From contig CM068744.1 of the NCBI GenBank assembly GCA_035084275.1, positions 53,568,001-53,632,000 of the forward strand: a stretch of 64,000 nt of DNA, written 5' to 3'. Shown here piece after piece: positions 46,831 through 61,857 of the stretch (the first letter of the stretch is position 1; each line of letters begins with the position of its first letter). The notes below the pieces were generated by a model, which saw only the letters and a list, made by a program, of their open reading frames with translations, did not search any database and was not told the DNA's origin. Origin of the DNA: Hydrolagus colliei. Lineage: Eukaryota. Made by a program: the position numbers and the translations under genes.

Positions 46831-49800
46831 TACACATTACATTAAAATCCTATCAAGCATTTTGAGACGTCTTCCCAATCCAAAAGGTGCTATATTGAAT
46901 GCATGACATTAGTATTAGTATTATTTTAAATTGACTACTACTTTTTTTCAACAAAAATACAATCACTAATACATTTAGTAATTTCTTTGAGACAACTGGA
47001 ATTTGGGATAAGGCGCTATATCAAATGCTCGGATTATTATATTATAACAAAATAGTTTAAAGAAGCATTTTCCAAGAGGGCAGATCCTAACTTCAGATAA
47101 TACTAACTCTTGTACATTGTGTCTAAAATTGAACTGCGGTTTTTCAGTTATCCATTAAATTGATTTCTGCATTCACCTACAAAAATATATAGTGTCCACA
47201 CATTACAGGAATCATGTGAGCATCTTCTAGATGTGAAAGACACTATAATAGGTGCAAGGATTACTTTAAGAGCTATGGGTTGTGTAAAGCAGCTATGGGT
47301 TTATTTCAGGGTCCTCCATTAACATGGAGTAAAATGACTAAAGACACTTATTTAAATGTGCTTGCTTTTAAATGGCTGTTTTGAGTTTCATTTGAATGAG
47401 GAGCTATGCAATGCTTCATGAGTAACTTATATCTTGCCATTCATGTGGACTTCAATTCCATATAATTGGGGCTTTAGCCTCTTTATCATCGTGCAATGGA
47501 ATGGATTAGTGTGAAATCCTAAATACAGTTATTTCCTGATAAAGTAAGCACATTTGCTTGTGGTCATTTCTGTTGGATAAACAAGCATTCTGGGCAAACC
47601 AATAAAGTCTACATAAAAATCACACGTATCTTCTAAATCTCATTGTCAATCTCATTGTCATTGTGCTAATAGATGAACAAAGTATGAAAGTCTCTGCTCA
47701 GATGTGGTACAACTAGAGGTGGGGGAAAGGTTGGGCGGATGTGAGGGAGGTGCTGCATGTTTTCACAGTGTCTAATCCATATCCCAGACACTTTCCAACT
47801 ACTTTATTAGTCTCTTTCCGTGTTTCTTTTTTATCTATCTCTGCTGAGACAGTACATCACCAGGAATGATATTTTCAAGGTTGTGTTGCTACCTCCAGCT
47901 GTGCACAGCGGGAATCTCTTAAAACCCATTGCTTGTCAGTATGAGAGGAGACACAGGTGGTTGAGACTGATCAGACCCTATCTGAAGAAAACACTTGCCA
48001 AAACATCCTTGGCATGTTGCATTCATTATTTCTGTATCAGAAGAACAATGCATGTCATTATAAGCCTCCCAGTTCTGCGGTTCAGTAACATTGATACCAT
48101 GGTATGGAGCAGACAAATGCATACACTGGTTGTTCTGAGTATAAAAGGCCTCTTTATACCATGCATGTGGGCTGAAAGGCATGCCGTAACAACAGCGGAA
48201 TAACATCTCTGCAGGATGTGTCGCTTCATGGTTGTGCCACAAGACACTTACAGTGCAGCGTTCAACCATTGACTTGTACTTGAGATACAAAAAAACACCT
48301 GACCACTAAAAATCTGAAATGAAAACGAGTAAAAAAAAGCTTCCTCCAAAAGCCAAGTACAATTATATTCAGACTAAGTCCACTCAAATGTTGGTTTTCA
48401 TTTTTACCAAGCCCCAAAGAGAGCATAGCTGACAGCTGCAGCAGATGCAGTCTGGATAAAATGGCAATGAGGTTTAGTTGTGGATTGTAGTCCACAATTT
48501 TGGAAACTCTGTTGCAAGTCTATCAGCTGTATGGTACCATTGTCCCTTTTCTTTGATTTGGTGATGCCGTGCATCAGATGGGAAGTTTAATCAAGATTCC
48601 GTCAGCCTCTTCTGTTGGACATTAAAAAATACCATGGGTCTATTCAAAAAGAGGAGTTTCTCCCAGTGTCCTGACCAACAACCCTTAAGATAAAATTGCT
48701 TATTCACTCTTTGGCTGTTTGTGTGGAATATTGGCTGCAACATTTGCCTACAAATTAAACTTTTGCCAGCTCTACATTCAAGGATTATTATTATGATAGA
48801 AAATGTTTGCACTAAAAAGCACTAAACAACAACAACTTGCATTTATATAGCGGCCTTTGTGTGGAGTAGCATCTTGGAGCATTTACCATATGCAAAGATT
48901 ATTACTATATTAAAGCTTCACATGTATGGATTTTGAATCAAAACAGCAGTGGACTTGGCTGTGATGTTTTTCGAGGCATGCTGACACTCAAAGTCTAGGC
49001 TTACTCAAAGCATTCAACAGATGAGGAATGGGAAAAAATAGGAATTGTCTCCATCTCACCCCCACACTCCCACCCAAAAATTGCTGGACACAAGTCCCCT
49101 ACAAAAGATACAGTCACTACCCTTTGCAGTAGAATCATGTGTAGCTGATGTGAAATGCTCTGATGTGAAATGTTGTGATGTGAAATGCGCTATACCAAAT
49201 TAAATGAATATTATTAAGTCAATCAGCATCAGCGATCTAAATACAGTTATATTGTGGACTTGACATTTCATCATTGTAAAAAGGTCTTACCTGAAACAGC
49301 AGCTGTTTCTATTTCAGTTCCTAACATTTCTCATACTGTATTTATTTTAATTGTGAATACCTACTTTTACAATGGTGCAGAACCACTTCGGTAACTGCAG
49401 AAAACCATCAGATTCAAACAGCTTACTTTCGCCATAAATAGCATTTCTCACATTCTAGTTTTCAGCATTTATTTTTGTTCTATTGTCTTAAAAACAATTT
49501 AAAACTGTAGCTTTGTACCAATATAACCTAGATGTTCAGCACCAGTGGAATATAGTTGCACGTTACTAAAGATGCTGAGAATTGAGAGATACATACATAT
49601 TGTGACTCTATTTATTCTCTTATTGCGATTAACTATGGGAGATACCGAATCTGACAACCTGCATAAGGACTACAATAGAAGAATTAGACCAGGCTAAATA
49701 GAATTCTTACTCCATCTCTCAACATCAAGTCCAGCCTGAACTGTGCTTTGGGACCTCCTCCCAATGTATAAGGTGGTACTGTATATAAGTGTAAATTGTA

Positions 49801-50113
49801 TTGTTTTCAAGCAGATTCTATTTGGCCCATAAAGCCCTCACCCTGTACAAAAACATTATTGTGGATTCACTCTTTACATTCAGAAGAAAGCTCTGTAATG
49901 CCTAAAATTATCCAAGATTCCCCATCCCCCACTAATTCACTGATTTCTGCAACTTTCCTTTTCAACTTTGTTCCAGTGGCTTAGGTTTGTGTAAAGATTG
50001 CGGTTGCCATTCTATCACCAGTCATGGGTCATAATGCCAGACAATACTAGTGCCTGTAACTATAACAAGTGGTCAGTCCACAAGCCCATGACCTGATATA
50101 GCTTACAATGCTA

Positions 50114-50602
50114 TAGTAAAACCTTGTTTATCCAATACCCAACCAACTGGTATACTCAACCAACCGGTATCTCCCAATTGTATTGGGAGATCCGGGACAC
50201 TCGCGGTGTGCTCACTTTGCGTGGAGCATCTGCACTTATTAAACTTACTGAATGCTGGAATGCTTTTTTACTGATCGGATCTCATACTGGAGCTATCCGC
50301 GACACTCGCAAGTATGCTTACTTTGCGCATTCGTGCAATGGGTGCGCATGCGCACTTATTAAACTTAACAAATACTAGAATTTTTAATTTACCGATCATT
50401 TTACCGAGTGTGCTGGAATGCTTTATTGATAAGTATCCATACAATATTCTGTTATTATTTAGTCTATTATTAATATGCTATGTTTCAAAAAAAGTTAATT
50501 TTTTGTGTAGCATTTTCGGCAACTTGCTGCTCGAATATCTGGCATATTTGATTAACTGGCACCGGGCAGATCCCGAGGGTGCGGATAACAAAGGTTTTAC
50601 TG
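50114..50602. mobile_element. Tigger/pogo-like MITE, longer variant
   Basis: TIRs (T/C)AGTAAAACCTT(T)GTT(T)ATCC; internal similarity to 16155-16523. Confidence 0.8.
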
Positions 50603-50640
50603 TACTTAGACGTCTGAGGTCCTGGAGCTCTGGAGCGTCT

Positions 50641-50976
50641 GGAGCTCCTGTGACTTAGTGGTTAGAGCACTTGTCTTGCAAGCTGGGGAGACCAAGCTGG
50701 GGAGGCCTGTGTTCAAATCCAGGCAGGTCAGGGTGAAACCTTGGGCAAGTTTCCTTACTCCACATGCTTAATAATAATCTGTCCAAAAAAACCACAATAA
50801 TAAAAAGAATTGGTCATTTCAATCCACGACTGTTTGTGGGACATTGCTGTGCTCAATTGGCTGCCGCGATTCACCCACAAATATACAGTCAATTCACTTT
50901 ACAGTATATCCTGTGAAGCACTTTGGGACGTTGATAAGATATGAATAGCGCTATATCAAATGCAAGGATTATTATA
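50641..50976 (+). mobile_element. tRNA-derived SINE, full length, duplicated-head subfamily
   Basis: Shares the head duplication with 33228-33570; a further 3' half follows near 51205-51400. Confidence 0.9.
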
Positions 50977-53900
50977 TTATGTCTATGCTGATACTCCAAT
51001 GCAGAATTGGGGGAATCTTGCATTGTTTGAGATGCCATCTTTCAGATGAGACATTAAGATGAGCTCCCTTCTGCTTGTTCAGATGGACATTAAATGGCAC
51101 AATTTGAAAAGAAAAGGAATAAGAATCCTCCAGAGAGAAAAAAAAATTATCATTCACTTCATGGATATTGCTGTGCCACATTGACTGTCACTTTTGCCTA
51201 GAATAATAATCCCTCAAGAAAAAAAATAGTTTACTTCAATCCACAACTGTTTGTGGGGCACTGTTGTGCGCAATTGGCTGCTACATTTTGCTCACAAATA
51301 TACAGTCAATTCACTTTATAGTATATTCTTTGAAGTGCTTTGAGACTTCTTGGAGATGTGGAAAGTGCTATATCAAATGCAAAGATTATTATTATTATAA
51401 ATACCCTTTACGTCCACCTGACGTGAAAGGCGCTATACAAGTGTAATTTTGTTGTTGTTGTTTACAGAAACCTCAGCAAAGAGCTTTGAGAGATTTTGCT
51501 TTGATCAGTCAAGAGCAAGGATTATCAACATGGCAAATCTTTTTCAATGCAACAGTTACACTTATACTTGGAAGAATGCAGACAATGAAATCTCCATGCT
51601 TTATGTTCTTTGGAGTGAGTAAAGCTGCTATATAAAAGAATAAATAGGTCAAGCCAGAGAACATGAGAGAACATGAATAAAGCACACATCAGATATAGTG
51701 CATTTTAAATAGAATCTCTAAGTGTTGCATTAAAATAAGTGCTTCACTATATTCCAACCAGCTGCAAGTATTATAACATTAGCTGGTGGCAAAACACTCT
51801 TCACGTGTTATTAAACTGAAAATATCTGCATTATTTTAAATGCCTTGATTGTTTCTATACTTCTGGCATACATATAAAAAATTATAATATCCCTTTATAT
51901 ATTCCATCTGATTAGATCTGTTAAAGTATCAGCCATATTATAGAGTCGTGATTGATAGCCTGCACAGCTCCCTATTTCCATGGTTACTGTAGGTTGAAAT
52001 GTTCATCTTCTGCTACGCGATCACATTTCTCTGTGAAATAACAACAGAGGTGAAGCCTTTGACCTATCACCCTTCCGAGGAGTGCACGCTCAATCAGCAG
52101 GCCTGAACAAATTTCAAGTGATATTCTTTTCAGATGAGACTGGAAGCAAAGGTACTGAGGTTAGCTTGCTTTTCCTGCTCCAACGTCATTGCAATGTCTC
52201 TGATAAAGATGAGCAGGTGGGGAACAGGATTTTAAAAAAAATCACTTTTCCTTTCTTGCAGTTAAGTACAATAACAGTTCTTTTTGCTAACCTCTATGCT
52301 ATCGACATATTGCTTATTCGGAATTAATGGCAATGTGGCATGCATGAATTAATAAATATTCACTTCACATGTTTTTTTCTCCACTATTGAATAGTATTCT
52401 TTAAACTGACATTCAGAAACCTTGTGGATTGCAGAAATAGTCATGTAATTACAACATTTACATTGATATACAGAAGCAGTGAATTAATTTGGAAATTGCA
52501 GGAGTCTCCAGTTTAGTGATCAGGCTCTCATCTACTCTCTCAACTCAAAACTGTATTATCATTTGTGAAGAGAAACTCTTGATGTTGGAAAAACTTACTT
52601 TTTAAAAACAAATCTCTTTCCTATTATCATTATCGTTTGCTTTCTCCATCTCAATCCCAATCTCATTGCCTAGAGACATTACTTCTAAAAAGTTTCTTTG
52701 GATCTTCTGTTAAAGTACAAATGTCTCAGGAATGGCCCAGTACTTATATAATGGCCCAGTACTTATACTTAAATATTATTAAAGGTGCATTGTTAACACC
52801 CCAGGGAAAATATTGTCTGATGTCTCTATTTCCGGGGACATTACCCGGCGTGAAAAGGCTATATAAATGCAAGTTGTTTCTGTTACTTTGCTTGAGCACT
52901 TTGAGACATTCTCCCGACATCAAAGGCACAGTATATACACATATATCTATATCTATATATATATAAATTGTAAATTGAATTATATTTGAAATAACACTGA
53001 TTACCAACTCAAGTATGTTGAAAAACAATATAGGTTGACTTTCTCTCCCCTAAATCTTTACTTATTGTGATTTTACATTTACCTTTGCACAATGTGTATC
53101 ACTAATCATATTAATATTTAAATATTTAAAGTTCAAAATCTGCCTCCTAAATAATATATACTGATTAAAATCCTGATGTTGAATTTTAATATTTATCTTT
53201 GTATCTGGGATTAGTGGCCATGTTTAAATTTAGGAGTATTTGATTTATTTTCGAGTGATGAACAGTATTAAAATATATAACCACAAAACACTGTAAAACT
53301 GTGCGGTTATTTCTTTTACGATACATAAATATAAAATGATTTCAGCTTCTTTTTGTGATTTGCTACAACAGCCTTTTAAATTGCTTTCCTTCTGTATCAT
53401 CAGCACACATTGATCAAAAGCGTTCGCAATTTGTTTTCTGTGATGTCTGAGCCTGCGGAAAAGATGAGGGATTTGTACATAATTTGTGTTGATTGCATTT
53501 CAGAACATAATCAACAGTCATGCACCACATATTTCAAAACTAATAAACAGGAGATGAGTAGGAGAGAGACAAAAAACACAGTCACTAACAGTTAGCACAT
53601 GACGTATGTGAATGATTCAGATGAACACTGCAACCCATGTTATGTTGGAATAATAACTGATTGAAACAGTCTACTGTGCCTCATGCTTTAATTAACCCAA
53701 GGTCCCTTAATTCAATACAGGAATATACTAGAACATTCGTTCTGATCATTAGGAGTTCAAGTTCAGTTTTATCGTACCTATCGAGCTTCAGAAGCATTAG
53801 TGCTTGTTCCCGAAAAAGACCTCTAACCGAGCACCAATGCCCACCCTCCAGGTTATTGGCACTGCTGCTATCAGACAATATCTTTGGTCACACAATATAG

Positions 53901-54688
53901 TGTCAAGGCCGTATGTTGCAGAACTACAATACATGGAAAAAAGATCCTCCTATTTTTAGGTCAAAGTGGGGTTAAATGCAACCGTCTGAAGACTCTTGCC
54001 TCTTTTCTAACATCCTCCTCTTCCCGCGCTAGAGGATGCTTTGGAAATGACAACCTGTTTCTTAAAATCAAACAAAACAATTTTAGGGTACAATCCAAAG
54101 TTGTTCAGAAATTGTATTTAAAAAATTATAAATGGAAAGAAATCAGGTGAAATTCCCAGAATTCTAATTTGATAGGCAATTTAATCCGGATTCATTTTAC
54201 ATAGTCCCAGAAATTGAATAACATTGAAAGTTCTCGGAAATGTAATAAAGTTTACCTGTCACAATGAACATAAAACAGGAAAAAAAGGAAAAAATATTAC
54301 TTGGAAATAAAAGACAGAAAAGCAGTACAAAAAAACTAAATTAATAAAAATGTGGTCACTCAATCCACAACTGTGGGACACTAACTACCATACAATCGAC
54401 TGCCACATTTCATCCACAAAATATACAGTCAATTCTCTTTGCAGTATATTCTGTGAAGTATTTTGAGACATCTCGAAGATATGATAAGGCGTTATATCAA
54501 TACAAAGGTTATTATTATAACTTAGCTAAACAAATCTCCTAGGGAATGGAGACAAAACTCTGAGCTTCAGGTAGATTTAAAATAATAAATTCTCAGTTTT
54601 TTTTTGTTGTTTCGTCCTACACGGAAAGCAACACAGGAATTTATACTCTGGCTTCTCATTCAACAGATTGTGGTTTCAAGCTTCACAT

Positions 54689-54992
54689 GGAGTCCTATAG
54701 CTCAGTGGTTAGAGCACTCGCCTAAGAGCAAGAGACCTGGGTTTGATTCCAGGCAGGGTGAAAGCTTGGGCAACTTTCCTTATTCCACACGCCTAATAAT
54801 AATCTCACACACAAAAAAAAGATAAATTGGTCATCGACGACTGTTTGTGGGATACTGCTGTGCGCAATTGGCGGCCGAGTTTTGCCCACAAATATACAGT
54901 GAATTTACTTTACAGTATATTCTGTGAAGCGCTTTGAGATGTCTAGAAGACATGAAAAGCACTATATCAAATGCAGGAATTATTATGATTAT
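54689..54992 (+). mobile_element. tRNA-derived SINE, full length
   Basis: As above; another 3' half near 54340-54520. Confidence 0.88.
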
Positions 54993-57037
54993 CCAAACTT
55001 GAAACTCATGTAATGCTGCATTGTTGGAGATGCTTCAGATGAGAATTTAAGGTGAGGTCCATATGGTCAGGCAAGCTGGATTTTCCAGCTAAGTGTAGCT
55101 ACAGTACCGATACCAGCATTTAATTGCTTTTTTGCTAAGGTATTGTTTTTTGTGTGTAAACAGGATTCAAACAATCTAAATTAAAGTTGATATCCCAGTC
55201 CACTGTGAAGGCCAGCAAGAAAGTGAGAGGTGAAAAACAAACCATGTGGGCTTCTCAGTGTGGGGTTGATGTGTGCTAGGAGAGTTGGGCTTGGTGGGAA
55301 GCTATACACCGGATTGGAGATATTTTTTTAATTTCAGTTTCAGGCCCTACTGCTAGATTCAAAGTCTGGACACCTAGTAAAACAGGGATAAAGAGTAAAA
55401 CAAGGGTTTACCGCTTTTTAAAAGAGAAGGAAGATACTCCCAGTGTGCTGGCCACAAATCCCCCAAATAAAATTCATTGCTGTTCATGGACATTGCTGTA
55501 CACAAATGTGTTGCCATATTTGCTCGCAGAATTCACAGTAATTACAGTTCAAAGTATGTCTTGTGGAGCATTTTGAGACATCCTTCCAATGTGAAGGCAT
55601 GATATCAAATGTAAGGAAGGTTATACAAGCTTCATTGCATTTGCACTGGATGTTACATTAATAATAATAATAATCCTTACATTTGATATAGCTCTTTTCA
55701 CATTTCACATTTCTAGACTTCTCAAAGTGCTTCACAGAATACACTGTAACGTGAATTGACTGTATATTTGTGGGCAGTCAATTGCGCAGAACAGTGTCCC
55801 ACAAATAGTGGACCATGTTGTCGATACAAATAGCAGTGAATATTAAAATCAGATAATTAGATCACAGATGTTATAAGGATTCAGAGAATGGCATCATCAA
55901 ATGCCAAAATACATCAGGTTTTATGTCCCTGGGATTATAGTTGCTTTGTTGAATACAGGCTAGTTTTTCAGGATTGTATCATTTAATAAACACCTTGCAA
56001 CTAATTGTAATAACATTAATTGGATTTGAGTCAAGACCAGTTAACATACCAAACAGTAGCAGCTGAAATTAACCCTCAAGCTTTTCACAATCACAATCAA
56101 ACTATATGTGTCCTTCCTCTGACACTGTGGAAATATTTCCAAGGATTAATGAGGTGAAATGTTACACTGCAATACATTATACAAACTTCAAAGGAAAAAA
56201 AGGTTTTTTTTCATTCCAAAATCCCTGCGTCAAAGCTGTCACAGGGTAATAATCAGCATGGAAGCTATCATCAGTCTTGTTAGTTCATGGTTTCCATAAG
56301 GAATTTCCTAGTGTCAGCCTTCAGAGGGCAGGTCAGTGAAGAAACCCTGGGGATCTGCCCTGCAGGACAAGACTAACACAACCTAAAGCCATTTGGAGCT
56401 ACATTGTCTACCCTGGACACTGGTTTAAATACATCAATCACATGATTTTAAAATACTGCTATCTACAGAAAAAAGGTTGCTATCTGGTATTTATTGCATT
56501 AATATGACTAAGCAATCATAAGCTTGTATTGTATTTGTACCAAACTTCATAATTCTTTGTATTTTCTGAACATAATTTATTATTCTCTGTATTTAATTTT
56601 ATCAGAGAAGTTCTTCACAGTCTAATTTAGTTTCCAAGGTAATTACATTTATCCTCCTTGTGTGGGGGTGGGGAGAGTGGGGGAATGCATGTGGGTGGAT
56701 GGGAAGGTAGGGAATAAGCATAAGCGGGGTCTCCTTAGAGCTGAACTGACTCAGTAGTCTGGTTCCTGAGACAGGCGGATCTGTGATCAGCAGAACATTA
56801 GTTTGAATCTACATTTAGTGGTGAGTATTGGCAAAGTCCATTGCAGCTCGTTTAGCTTTTTAAACTATCTTTCATAGATTCATTTTAATATACTAGTAAC
56901 CATTGCATCTTAAATCTGAAAGTATTTTATTTGCCCACAAGACTGATTTGGGATAAGTGGAGGTGAGAGAGAGTTGCATATTGGGTGTATTTTTTATTAT
57001 TATTAAAATAATAGGAAGAATAGCAGCATTTCTGTTA

Positions 57038-57195
57038 TAAGAACATAAGAATTAGGAGCAGGAGTAGGCCATTCGGCCCTTCGAGCCTGTTCCGCCATTC
57101 AATAAGATCATGGCTGATCTTCTCACCTAACTCTGATTACCTACCCTATCCCCATATCCCCTAATCCTCTAATTTTCAAAAATCTATCAGTCTCA
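57038..57195 (-). mobile_element. CR1 3' tail fragment
   Basis: Reverse complement of the 11040-11190 tail. Confidence 0.85.
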
Positions 57196-57289
57196 GGGCC
57201 TTTCGCATCGGGAGGACATCTCAAAGTGCTTCACAGGGTTTATTGTGAAGCAGAATATGTTTATAGGCAAATGTGGCAGCCCAATTGCG

Positions 57290-57655
57290 CATAGCACTGT
57301 CCCTCAAACAGCCATGAAAGGGATTTTAATTTGTGGGCCAGGACACCAGGAGCCTTTCCCTGCTCTTTTTGAATAGTGCCACAGGATTTTTAACGTCCAT
57401 CTATCTGACTGCCTGACTGACCATCTGACAGGCGGACAGGCAGACAGGCAGGCAGACAGACGGACAGACGGAAGGATAGACAGACAGAAGGACAGGACAG
57501 GATATCCAAAAGACAGCACTGAGACAATGTAACACACCTTCAGCACTGCACTGAAGTATCAGCTTGGGCTATGTGAGTTCAAGCCCCAACAGGCGGCTTG
57601 AATTTAAAATTGTCTAACTCAGAGGTGAGAATGCCGCCAACTGAGCCAGGCTGAC
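57290..57655 (-). mobile_element. Older Deu-domain SINE with an internal (CAGA)n-like expansion
   Basis: Reverse complement of the 46525-46830 pattern; repeat expansion near 57400-57500. Confidence 0.7.
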
Positions 57656-58204
57656 ACACTTTGCTTTCTCTGAAAGAGTTAGAAAGAACAGGCTGCTCCT
57701 GAACTTCCATCACTACATCTCTAAAGCTGGCTGATAAAAAGCACACCGCAACACAATTCCACGTGATATCCATACCTGCCCACTTCCAAGATGGGTCACT
57801 GGACACTGATTTTCCTGTCTCTCTGTGACAAATTGCACTCACTGATTCACCCACCTCTTTCTTTCCATAACCTAGGGGTTCACAGTTAAGATTAAGAGCT
57901 CGGGTGTAAACTGTCCGGAGCACTGAGCGCAGGCTCCCTCAGTCTGTAGCGCAATAAACTGGAGATCCAATGCACTGTGACTTTATGCTATCTGCAATTA
58001 CTTTGCTGTTATACTCAAGGCCATTAATAACTGTGGCAACAGATGCAGCAACACATAAAATACAGTGTTTGTAGCATTTTGAAATATGGCATCGATGTGA
58101 AAGGTGTCATGTAAGATGTTATATAAAGATTTGATTTAAGAATCATCATGGAGTTCATCCATCAATCCCCAGTGTGATTGTTTGCCATCTAGTTGTTCAG
58201 AGCA

Positions 58205-58545
58205 CTATGGGGTGGATAACAGGCTGAACACAGACAGATAGCTCTCAGCACAGAACAGATACCAGACCCAGGCTGAGCATATATCAGATACCAACACAGA
58301 TCAGATACCGGGCACAGAGAAGATACAAGGCTGAGCACAGAGCAGATACCAGGCACAGAGCACGAAGCAAATAATAATAATAATGCTTGCATTTGATATA
58401 GTGCTTTTCACGTCTTCTAGCCATCTCCATGCGCTTCACACAATATATTATAAAGTGAACTGGCTGTATATTTGTGGATGAAGACATGGCACAGAATAGA
58501 TATCAGCACAGAGCCCAGAGCAGATACCAGCACAGAGTATATACC
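58205..58545. repeat. Degenerate minisatellite (GCACAGAGCAGATACCAG-like) interrupted by a SINE 3' fragment
   Basis: Repeated CACAGAGCAGATACC units on both sides of a SINE piece near 58370-58490. Confidence 0.75.
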
Positions 58546-60309
58546 AATTCCGGGTGGGAAAGAAGGAAGGGTGAAAGAAAGGGGATTCTAAAGTAGGGTT
58601 TCTCTTGATCCACTCTGATCGAGAGTGTATACAGGGTGTCACTGGCTGTGACTCCCTTGCACTGATCATTCCCTTGCAGGATGTACTGTGAACACCCGGG
58701 AGATGGACGAATAAGAACAACAACAATACATTTGTATAGCGCCTTTCACATCAGGAGGGCATCCCAAGGCCCTGGAAGTAAAACAAACAGTTTTAAAGAA
58801 TCACATTTGTCAAATAAAATTACATCAGGCAGGATTCTTTTAATATAATTTTTATGCATAAAATACACTTAATGACAGCTATGAAAGTGTCTCCTATATG
58901 GTTAATATGCAGATTAAGATCAAAATCCTGGAGTAGCGCTCCTGTTACTTGATTCACAGAAACCTTCCTATAGAGACATGGATTTTCCCCCCTGACATTT
59001 TTATTACCGTATTCGTACTCATTTGAACTTGATATTGTTGCAAAGTAAGATTGTGTGCCAAGTGTAAATTAAGAAATGTTGGGGCCCTGGGCCAAAAACA
59101 TTCGTGGGCCCCTTCAGTGAATGCTTAAGAGTTTGAATGATACAAATGACAGTGAAAAATGCCTTTAATCACAGAAACATTGCTAAAACACAACAATTGA
59201 ATCTGCAAGCAAGCTCCTAAAAATTGGCTTTCACGGAATGGAACACTCATCTCGAAGCATGATGTTGGAGTCAGCTATTGAATTCCCCCCTAAAACAATA
59301 AAGCCTGATTCACAAACAGCAAGTAAAACTGACACAAAAATTGAGTCTCCCCCAGCCGTTTTTAAGTGCTTGTATTTATTTAATCATAAACTTTGCACTT
59401 GGCAACACTTGCATTTGTCTTCAGTTTCAGGAATCTTGTTTGGGAGGTGGTGGGGGGTGGGGTGGGGGTAAAGCCCATGTTTCCTAGCCCTGTTATTCCT
59501 CATGTTAATTTCCTTCCTGTTATGTGTCAGGCAATAAGAGTAAGGATCTTTTGTTTGCTTGGTGTTGGTGCTGATGCTAAGCCCTCTTGTATGTTTTTGG
59601 AGCTTGGGGAATAACTGTGAAAAATGTTAGGTGTGATAGGGTTAAGGAAACTGCTGGTATGAACTGATCTCTGCTGAATGATGTGTAGGCTGTGATTTTC
59701 TCCTTTACTGGGGAGTTGGAATGGGGTCAGGAGTGAACACAGCAAGATTGTGTCGAAAATTATAGTTTTAACCGTGTTTACACTGTGCCATAAAACTTTG
59801 CTCGTGCTACATGCAGATTAGATTAGATGACGATCCATTTTCCAGTGTTGAGTTTGTCATTTGCAAACTATCCCGAAAACAATTGGTTATAAATCAAGGG
59901 GCTATTTCTCTGGAACTCTTTTCCCCAATCCCCCTCCCTTCAACACTGCAACATGTGTTTTTGTGGTTTTATGCAACGGGCAAGAAAAAGTATAATGGAT
60001 GTCTGTTTACAAAGGAATTGATGGGATTTTAAGGCCATAAAAACTTTTAAACAATTGTGCTATGCTGAGTGGCAAACAGGTTTTTATACCTAGTTGTCTG
60101 TTTGGTGGCATCCAACTTCTGGAAAACTTGAAGGGAGGGTGCCATTTTTTCTGGTATCTGTTTTCCTGAAGGGTCAATTGATTGTAAGGGGCAAGGGGAG
60201 GTTGGAGTGATCTGTATGGCATCCTTTGTGAAGCACAATGTGGAGAGTGGTGAGTCCTGGCAGCGAGCAATGCACCTACTCTATATTGGGAGTGTTCAAC
60301 TCCTGAAGA

Positions 60310-60500
60310 ACAACAAGTTGCATTTATATAGCGTCCTTGATGGAGGGTAGCTTAACAGTGGTGCTTAACCCTGAGCCAGGGAGAGAGGGAAAGGAAGTTA
60401 TATGCACAGTCGAAGAGGAAGGTCTTCAGATGCGATCTGCAGACAGAACAGAAGGATTGAAGCAGAGAATTCCATACTGTTGGAGCGTAATGGCTGACAA
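60310..60500 (-). mobile_element. Degenerate L2 3' fragment
   Basis: L2 tail and LKT-LF region, reverse complement. Confidence 0.65.
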
Positions 60501-60534
60501 CACGGTCACCGATGGTGGAACAGAGGAGATACTA

Positions 60535-60922
60535 CTACTAATAATAATATTCCTTGCATTTGATACAGCGCCTTATCAAGTCTTCGAGATGTCTCAAAGC
60601 CAAAGCATTTCACTGAATATACTGTAAATTGAATTGACTGCATATTTGTGGGTAAATCCAAGTAGCTAATTGCATACAGCAGTGTCCCACAAACAGTCAT
60701 AGATTGAGTGATCAAATTATTATTGTTCTTTTTTTTAAGGGATTATTTTCCACGGAAACGTGATCCACCAATCTACTAACAACAGGGTTCCAACTGACTG
60801 CTAGGTAAACAGAAGATTAAGAAGGAATGAAAATTGCATAACTTCTTGCCCTGCCGGAAATCGAACCCAGGTCCTCTCGCTTGCGAGGTGAGTAGTCTAA
60901 CCACTAAGGTCCAGGACTCCAC
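60535..60922 (-). mobile_element. tRNA-derived SINE, full length
   Basis: As above; long variant like 6288-6648. Confidence 0.88.
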
Positions 60923-61857
60923 AATGAGGGACGTGCAGAAGGCTGGAGCCAGTGCAATCTGTTTAGGACTCTATAGGTCCACAGACAAACCGGTGACCCC
61001 AGAACCATCCCTCTTCTCATCCTACAAAAAATAAATGTTAACTTTCAGGTTTTGTGTGCTGGGATATTAACTTTGTTTATTGCCGCAGTCGCTACCTGTC
61101 TTTGACCCTGTTGATCGCATTCCCCCTTCCAGCCTACAAAATATATTTTGCCCCAATATAAATACTGTACATCAACAACAAAAGATTGCTCTCTTGACAT
61201 TTCCACCTGATTTGGAAGAGCTGCACAGCATTTTTTTTCCCCCTTTGCTGCTTCTATCTCAGTCTGAAATTAGCTCATTTGTGTGTAGCGCAGCAATGCT
61301 AGCAGATACCTGCACGAGCATTTCTTTTAGTGACTTAATTCTATGCACTTTGTGCTTAAGCAGATGTGCTCTGTATATGTGCATCCTCTATCCTGCCTCG
61401 CAAACCGCAAGGTGGAGGCTCATTTTGACTTTGTCAGCACGCACCAGTCAAGGTCTTGCTTTAGATTTACATTGAATATCAGACTTTGTTTGCAATAATC
61501 TGTTGACCGATATTTCCTGTCATGAAGAGAAATTAAATTTTGCCAGCTTAGATGGTACATACTGACAGCAAATCTATTGGATGCATATATGTATGGTTTA
61601 TATTATATTCTGTTCATAAATAACCAACAAAAAATAATAAGACAGACACGCACAGTGCATAACAATAAGTGAAAAAAAACTGTCAAGCAGAACAAACTGT
61701 TATTTTTTTTCTAATCCCTCTGAAAGTAACACTGCCGCATAAGTCAAAGGAAATAAATACTGTCATTTCAGGACTCTAATCCCCCACTTTCCTGTCGGAT
61801 CAAGTTGTGGTTGATTTGTATTGATTTTACTTCTAATTCCTCTCATTTGTGTTTCAG

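Noticed and set aside
47900-48200. GPCR/opsin-like reading of the plus ORF
   Set aside because: No DRY, CWxP or NPxxY motifs and no convincing transmembrane helices.
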